Shown here: in pieces, positions 26,971 through 32,000 of the stretch
How positions within the stretch are numbered: position 1 is the stretch's first letter
How the letters are laid out: each line of letters starts with the position of its first letter
From: Candidatus Saccharimonadota bacterium
Lineage (GTDB): Bacteria; Pseudomonadota; Gammaproteobacteria; Burkholderiales; Burkholderiaceae
Length of the DNA stretch: 32,000 nucleotides
Assembly (NCBI RefSeq): GCF_964019745.1
Contig: NZ_OZ026462.1
Coordinates: forward strand, 270,001 to 302,000
Reading direction: 5' to 3'
Position numbers and translations under genes: made by a program
Notes under the pieces: generated by a model
What the model was told of the DNA's origin: nothing
The model's input: only the letters and a program-made list of their open reading frames with translations
Databases searched by the model: none

Positions 26971-29280
26971 TTATTTATTTAATAAATTTATTTCAGTTTC
27001 TAAAGAAACTTTTAAAACATCTTCTATATAATTAATAGGTAAAATTTTTAATTTTTTTTTAATTTTTTTAGAAATTTTTTCTAATATTTTTATATTTTTT
27101 TTAGGAATAATAACTGTTTTAATTTTATTTTGATAAGCAGCAAAAATTTTTTCTTTTAAACCACCAATTTTTAATATTTCACCTCTTAAAGTAATTTCTC
27201 CTGTCATAGCAATGTTTATATTGATAGGAATATTAGTAAATACTGATATTATAACAACAGTTATAGCAATACCTGCAGATGGACCATCTTTAGGAATACC
27301 TCCTTCTGGAATATTAATATGTAAATTATTTTTTTTAAAAATTTTTTTATTTATTCCTTTTTTTAATAAAATAATTTGTGCAACAGTATAAGCGGTATTA
27401 ATAGATTCTTTCATTACTTTACCTAAAGTACCTGTAGTAATTATTTCTCCATTTCCTGGTAATATTACTGCTTCTATTGTTAATAATTCTCCTCCTATTT
27501 CTGTCCATGCTAATCCATTTATTTGTCCTATTTGATTTTTTTTATTTGTTAATTTTTTATCAAAAATAGGTATTCCTAAAAATTTTTTTAAATTTTTATT
27601 AGTAATGGTGATTTTTTTTTTTTTTTTATTTAATGTTAATATTTTTACAACTTTTCTACAAATTTTTGAAATTTGTTTTTCTAAAGATCTAACTCCTGCT
27701 TCTCTAATATAAAAATTAATTATTTTTTTTATTGCTGATTTAAAAATTTTAATTTCTTCATTTTTTAATCCATTATTTTTAATTTGTTTAGGTAATAAAT
27801 GATTTAAAGCAATTTTTATTTTTTCTTCTGGAGTATAACTTGATAAATTAATTATTTCCATTCTATCTAAAAGTGCTGGATGTATATTATAAGTATTAGC
27901 AGTTGCTATAAACATTACTTTTGATAAATCAAAATCTACTTCTAAATAATGATCAGAAAATGTATTATTTTGTTCTGAATCTAATACTTCTAGTAAAGCT
28001 GATGCAGGATCACTTTTAAAATCTATACCTAATTTATCAATTTCATCTAATAAAAATAATGGGTTATTTACTTTTGCTTTTATTAAATTTTGTATAATTT
28101 TTCCAGGCATTGAACCAATATAAGTTTTTCTATGTCCTCTTATTTCTCCTTCATCATGAACTCCTCCTAAAGATATTCTTATAAAATTTCTATTTGTTGC
28201 TTTAGCTATAGATTTACCTAAAGAAGTTTTACCTACACCAGGTGGACCAATAAAACATAAAATAGGACCTTTTAGATTATTTATTCTTTTTTGTACCGCT
28301 AAATATTCTAATATTCTTTCTTTAATTTTTTTTAAACCATAATGATCAGAATTTAAAATTTCTTGTACTTTTAAAATATCATTATTAATTATTGTTTTTT
28401 TATTCCAAGGTAAGCTAATTAATGTTTCTATATAATTTTTTGTTACACTAGATTCTGAAGACATAATTGGCATTAATTTTAATTTTTCTAATTCGCTTAT
28501 AGATTTATCAAATGCTTCTTTAGACATTTTAGAAGAAAAAATTTTTTTTTTTAATTTATAAAAATCATTTATATCATTTGAATTTCCTAATTCTTCATTA
28601 ATTATTCTTACTTGTTCATTTAAATAATATTCTCGTTGAGATTTTTCCATCTTTCTTTTAATTTTATTAAAAATTTTTTTTTTATAATCTAAAATACTTA
28701 ATTCATTATTAAGTTTTTTCAATAAAATTTTTGTTTTTCTAAAAATATTTAAAGTTTCTAAAATTTTTTGTCTTTCTTTTATTGTAAATAGTAAATAATA
28801 TGAAATTATAAATAAAATTTTATTAATACTTTGAATTTTTTTTAAAGATTTTGTAATTTTATAATAAAATTTATTACTTGTTTTTGTATAAATTTCAAAT
28901 TTATTTAAAATAGAATTACGTAAAGTTTTAATTTCTTTTCTATTATATTTAAATTCTTTAATTTTTAAAAAATTTATTAAAAAAGATTGTTTATATTTTA
29001 TTTTAAAAATTTTTATTTTTTTTACGCCTTGAATTAATAATTTTAAATTTCCATTTGGAAATTTTAAAAATTGTATAATTTTAGAAATACAACCAATTTT
29101 ATATGTATCATAATTTTCTTTATAGTTTTTATATGCAATAAGTATAATATTAATATTTTTATCCATAGCATATGTTGCGGTTTTAATAAATTTTTTTTTT
29201 GTAATAAATAAAGTAATAATCATGTTAGGAAACATTACAATATTTTTTAAAAATAATAAAGGTAATTTATTTATTTTCAT
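26971..29280 (-). CDS. lon: ATP-dependent Lon protease
   Basis: 769 aa with a Lon N-domain, AAA+ module (GPPGVGKTSLGKSIA, LFLLDEIDK) and protease domain (PKDGPSAGIAI, MTGEITLRGEILKIGGLKEK). Confidence 0.97.
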   Translation of the reverse strand: MKINKLPLLFLKNIVMFPNMIITLFITKKKFIKTATYAMDKNINIILIAYKNYKENYDTYKIGCISKIIQFLKFPNGNLKLLIQGVKKIKIFKIKYKQSFLINFLKIKEFKYNRKEIKTLRNSILNKFEIYTKTSNKFYYKITKSLKKIQSINKILFIISYYLLFTIKERQKILETLNIFRKTKILLKKLNNELSILDYKKKIFNKIKRKMEKSQREYYLNEQVRIINEELGNSNDINDFYKLKKKIFSSKMSKEAFDKSISELEKLKLMPIMSSESSVTKNYIETLISLPWNKKTIINNDILKVQEILNSDHYGLKKIKERILEYLAVQKRINNLKGPILCFIGPPGVGKTSLGKSIAKATNRNFIRISLGGVHDEGEIRGHRKTYIGSMPGKIIQNLIKAKVNNPLFLLDEIDKLGIDFKSDPASALLEVLDSEQNNTFSDHYLEVDFDLSKVMFIATANTYNIHPALLDRMEIINLSSYTPEEKIKIALNHLLPKQIKNNGLKNEEIKIFKSAIKKIINFYIREAGVRSLEKQISKICRKVVKILTLNKKKKKITITNKNLKKFLGIPIFDKKLTNKKNQIGQINGLAWTEIGGELLTIEAVILPGNGEIITTGTLGKVMKESINTAYTVAQIILLKKGINKKIFKKNNLHINIPEGGIPKDGPSAGIAITVVIISVFTNIPININIAMTGEITLRGEILKIGGLKEKIFAAYQNKIKTVIIPKKNIKILEKISKKIKKKLKILPINYIEDVLKVSLETEINLLNK

Positions 29281-29288
29281 TTTAAAAT

Positions 29289-29293
29289 TCCTT
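29289..29293 (-). promoter_or_regulatory. Shine-Dalgarno-like AAGGA upstream of lon
   Basis: Plus-strand TCCTT at 29289-29293 reads AAGGA on the coding strand, 8 nt upstream of the lon ATG (29280-29278). Confidence 0.5.
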
Positions 29294-29338
29294 AAAAAAA
29301 ATATATATTATATAAATATAAAAAATTTTATAAAAATT

Positions 29339-30400
29339 TTAATTTTTATATATAATTATAGGCTTATTATTTATAACAGAATTTTTATTAATTAATATTT
29401 TTTTTATATTTTTTTCATTTGGAATTTTATACATTATATCTAATAATATATTCTCTAAAATAAATTTTAAACCTCTAGCTCCTATTTTTTTAGATAATGT
29501 TTTTTTAGCTATTTTTAATAAGGCTAGATTTGTGATTTTTAATTTTATTCTATCAATTTTAAATAATATTTTATATTGATTAAAAATTGAATTTTTTGTA
29601 TCTATTAAAATTTTTTTAATAATTTTTTCATTTAATTCATTTAATGTAGCTATTACTGGTAATCTTCCAATTAATTCAGGAATTAAACCAAATTTTATTA
29701 AATCATCTGTTTCTATATTTTGCATAATTTTATTATAAGATAAAATAGAAGATTGTTTAATAGAAGTAAAAAAACCAATTTTTTTTTTTCCTAAACGTTT
29801 AGAAATTATATTTTTTAATCCAGTAAAAGTTCCACTACAAATAAATAAAATATTTGAAGTATTTACTTGTAAAAAATCTTGATTAGGATGTTTTCTTCCG
29901 CCTTTAGGAGGAACATAAGAAATTGTTCCTTCTATTAATTTTAATAAAGCTTGTTGTACACCTTCACCAGAGACATCACGTGTAATAGATAAATTTTCTG
30001 ATTTTTTAGAGATTTTATCAATTTCATCTATAAAAATAATACCTTTTTCTGCTTTTTTAATATTAAATTCACAATTTTGTAATAATCTTTGAATAATAGT
30101 TTCAACATCTTCACCAACATAACCAGCTTCTGTTAAAGTTGTAGCATCTGTAATAACAAATGGTACATTAATAGCTTTTGCTAATATTTGAGCTAAAAAA
30201 GTTTTTCCAGTTCCTGTAGGCCCTATTAATAAAATATTAGTTTTATATAAATTTATGCTATTTTTTTTTTTAAAAAAAAATAAACGTTTATAGTGATTAT
30301 AAATAGTAACTGATAATATTTTTTTAGTTTTTTTTTGACCTATAATATATTTATTTAAAAAAATACAAATTTCTTTAGGTGTTGGAAAGTTAAATTTCAT
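29339..30400 (-). CDS. clpX: ATP-dependent Clp protease ATP-binding subunit ClpX, lacking the N-terminal zinc-binding domain
   Basis: 353 aa, starting at the equivalent of E. coli residue ~62 ([36 protein letters not shown]). Walker A GPTGTGKT, pore loop GYVG, RKH loop GGRKHP, IGF loop KIGFF and sensor regions are all present. Confidence 0.95.
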   Translation of the reverse strand: MKFNFPTPKEICIFLNKYIIGQKKTKKILSVTIYNHYKRLFFFKKKNSINLYKTNILLIGPTGTGKTFLAQILAKAINVPFVITDATTLTEAGYVGEDVETIIQRLLQNCEFNIKKAEKGIIFIDEIDKISKKSENLSITRDVSGEGVQQALLKLIEGTISYVPPKGGRKHPNQDFLQVNTSNILFICSGTFTGLKNIISKRLGKKKIGFFTSIKQSSILSYNKIMQNIETDDLIKFGLIPELIGRLPVIATLNELNEKIIKKILIDTKNSIFNQYKILFKIDRIKLKITNLALLKIAKKTLSKKIGARGLKFILENILLDIMYKIPNEKNIKKILINKNSVINNKPIIIYKN

Positions 30401-30563
30401 TTTTTTTAAATTAATAATTTTTTTTATTTAAAATAATAAATATTTTTTAAAAAAATATAGAATATATAAATTAATAAATTAATAAATTAATAAAATTTAA
30501 TATATATTATAAATGTATGTAAATATTTTTAAAATGTTAATATATTAAAAATATCTTAATAAG

Positions 30564-30637
30564 TGGAGGTTATCGGAATTGAACCGATGACCCCCTGCTT
30601 GCAAAGCAGGTGCTCTACCAATCTAAGCTAAACCCCC
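30564..30637 (-). tRNA. tRNA-Ala (anticodon UGC)
   Basis: Manual fold: acceptor GGGGTTT.../AACCTCC with the G3:U70 identity pair, anticodon stem CCTGC/GCAGG, loop TTTGCAA, T arm ATCGG-TTCAATT-CCGAT. Confidence 0.92.
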
Positions 30638-30649
30638 ATTTTTCATATT

Positions 30650-30722
30650 TAGGCCTAGTTGGTTTTGAACCAACGACCTTCGCGTTATCAACACGATGCT
30701 CTACCAACTGAGCTATAGACCC
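30650..30722 (-). tRNA. tRNA-Ile (anticodon GAU)
   Basis: Manual fold: acceptor GGGTCTA/TAGGCCT (with wobble pairs), D arm GCTC-AGTTGGTA-GAGC, anticodon stem TCGTG/CGCGA, loop TTGATAA, T arm GTTGG-TTCAAAA-CCAAC. Confidence 0.9.
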
Positions 30723-30841
30723 TTTTTTATTATATAAAATATTTTTAATATTATAAAAAATGTAAAAACAAATAATTTTTTAAAATGATTATTAATATTT
30801 TAATAATTTATTAAATATTATTTTTATATTTTTTTAAAAAA

Positions 30842-30913
30842 TAGGTGCTGAGAGAATTGAACTCACGACCCATGCCTTGTAAAAGCATTGCTCTACCACT
30901 GAGCTAAGCACCT
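30842..30913 (-). tRNA. tRNA-Val (anticodon UAC)
   Basis: Manual fold: acceptor AGGTGCT/AGCACCT, D arm GCTC-AGTGGTA-GAGC, anticodon stem ATGCT/GGCAT, loop TTTACAA, T arm GTGAG-TTCAATT-CTCTC with one mismatch. Confidence 0.88.
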
Positions 30914-31034
30914 ATTTTTATACATTATATTATAATTTTATTAAAAAGTATATATAATATATATATTTTTAAAATATTATTTATAATAAAAAATAATTTA
31001 ACTAAATAAGTTTATATTAAAATTTATAATAAAT

Positions 31035-32000
31035 ATGTTAAATAATATACAAAATAATTTATATAAAAAAAGAAATTTAATTTTTTTAAAAGATATTTGT
31101 ATAAATGATATAAATTTTGTAGGTGGTAAAAATGCTTCTTTAGGTGAAATGATTAATAAATTAACTAATATTGGTGTATTAATTCCTGATGGTTTTGTTA
31201 CTACATCATATGCTTTTAAGAATTTTTTAAATCAAAAAATAAATAAAAAATATTCTTTAAAGGAAATAATTAAAAATTTTTTAAAATTATTAAAAATTAA
31301 AAATGTTAAAAATCTTAAAAAAATAGGTTATAAAATACGTAAATTTATTATTAAAACTTCTTTTACAATAAAATTTAAAAAAGATTTTTTTTTTTTTTAT
31401 AAAAATTTTATTAAAAAAAAAAAAAAAAAATCTTTTGCTATTAGATCTTCTTCTACATTAGAAGATTTAAATAATGCCTCTTTTGCTGGTCAACAAGAAA
31501 CTTTTTTAAATATTTATGGAATTAATAATATATTAAAAGCTATAAAAATAGTATTTGCTTCTTTATATAATAATAGAGCAATTTCATATAGAAATTTTTA
31601 TATATTTGATAAAAAAAATTTTTATATTTCTGTATGTATACAAGAAATGGTTCGTTCTGATATTGGAATATCAGGTGTTATGTTTACACTTGATACAGAA
31701 TCTGGTTTTGAAGATGTTATACTTATTAATTCTAATTATGGTTTAGGTGAAACTATTGTTCAAGGTATAGTAAATCCAGATGAATTTTATGTTCATAAAA
31801 CTACTTTAAAAAAAAATAAATTTCCTATTATTCAACGTAATATTGGTTCTAAATTATTTAAAATGAATTTTAATAATTCTATAAAAAATTTTAGTAAAAC
31901 TACAAAAATTACTAAAACTAGTAAGTTAATGCAAAAAAAATTTTCTTTAACTAATAAACAAATTATAAAACTTTCAAAATTAGCATTAATAATAGAAAAA
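31035..32000 (+). CDS. ppsA: phosphoenolpyruvate synthase (5' portion; continues past window end)
   Basis: Not in the ORF track because it runs off the edge. Manual translation from ATG at 31035 gives MLNNIQNNLYKKRNLIFLKDICINDINFVGGKNASLGEMINKL...SFAIRSSSTLEDLNNASFAGQQETFLNIYG...GVMFTLDTESGFEDVILINSNYGLGETIVQGIVNPDEFYVHK, which are diagnostic PpsA motifs. The frame was checked at 31431 and 31551. Confidence 0.93.
   Translation, partial: MLNNIQNNLYKKRNLIFLKDICINDINFVGGKNASLGEMINKLTNIGVLIPDGFVTTSYAFKNFLNQKINKKYSLKEIIKNFLKLLKIKNVKNLKKIGYKIRKFIIKTSFTIKFKKDFFFFYKNFIKKKKKKSFAIRSSSTLEDLNNASFAGQQETFLNIYGINNILKAIKIVFASLYNNRAISYRNFYIFDKKNFYISVCIQEMVRSDIGISGVMFTLDTESGFEDVILINSNYGLGETIVQGIVNPDEFYVHKTTLKKNKFPIIQRNIGSKLFKMNFNNSIKNFSKTTKITKTSKLMQKKFSLTNKQIIKLSKLALIIEK

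Noticed and set aside
30471-30494. (TTAATAAA)x3 tandem repeat upstream of clpX
   Set aside because: It is short and A/T-only, and repeats of this size are expected by chance at this composition. There is no evidence of function.
31555-31746. 63-aa plus-strand ORF
   Set aside because: It is out of frame (+1) relative to ppsA, whose frame carries the diagnostic GVMFTLDTESGF and NPDEFYVHK motifs over the same bases.
1-32000. UGA-to-Trp recoding (genetic code 4), as in other ultra-AT-rich betaproteobacterial symbionts
   Set aside because: Every gene is full length under the standard code and Trp is encoded by TGG at conserved sites. No ORF is broken in a way that reading TGA as sense would repair.

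Overview
This window is a gene-dense stretch of an extremely A+T-rich, highly reduced bacterial genome. G+C is roughly 12-16% by eye. Spacers are almost free of G/C, and the tRNA genes stand out as GC islands. Protein similarities and gene order (rpsO-pnp ... secG-tRNA-Leu-nuoA..N, clpX-lon, a 7Fe ferredoxin beside a TrxR-type ferredoxin-NADP reductase) point to a Burkholderiales-derived (betaproteobacterial) obligate endosymbiont, but I cannot name the organism. Contents, in order: 13 of the 14 complex I genes (nuoA through a partial nuoM, minus strand), tRNA-Leu, a putative secG, cspA, ftsH, pnp, rpsO, rlmB, nadA, nadC, nadB, fdxA, ferredoxin-NADP reductase, rluC, tRNA-Pro, tRNA-Arg, rluD, lon, clpX, tRNA-Ala, tRNA-Ile, tRNA-Val and the 5' part of ppsA. 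All genes read intact under the standard code. I see no rRNA, mobile element, CRISPR array, defence or toxin locus, prophage remnant or recognisable pseudogene, and no evidence for a novel multi-gene system. This is core housekeeping DNA. What deserves a second look is genome-erosion biology: (1) the leuU-type tRNA-Leu has anticodon AAG (A34); (2) TAA is the only stop codon used, and TGA/TAG appear neither as stop nor as sense; (3) ClpX lacks its N-terminal zinc-binding domain and has no tig/clpP upstream; (4) the Ile(GAU)-Ala(UGC) tRNA pair typical of rRNA spacers sits with no rRNA nearby; (5) the nuo operon starts 17 nt after a tRNA; (6) a 373-nt tract contains no G or C; (7) in-frame coding homopolymers reach 20 nt; (8) a perfect 36-bp inverted repeat is shared by the 3' ends of rluC and rluD; (9) rluC carries an in-frame hexanucleotide microsatellite. 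All tRNA folds, coordinates and counts were done by hand and should be confirmed computationally.
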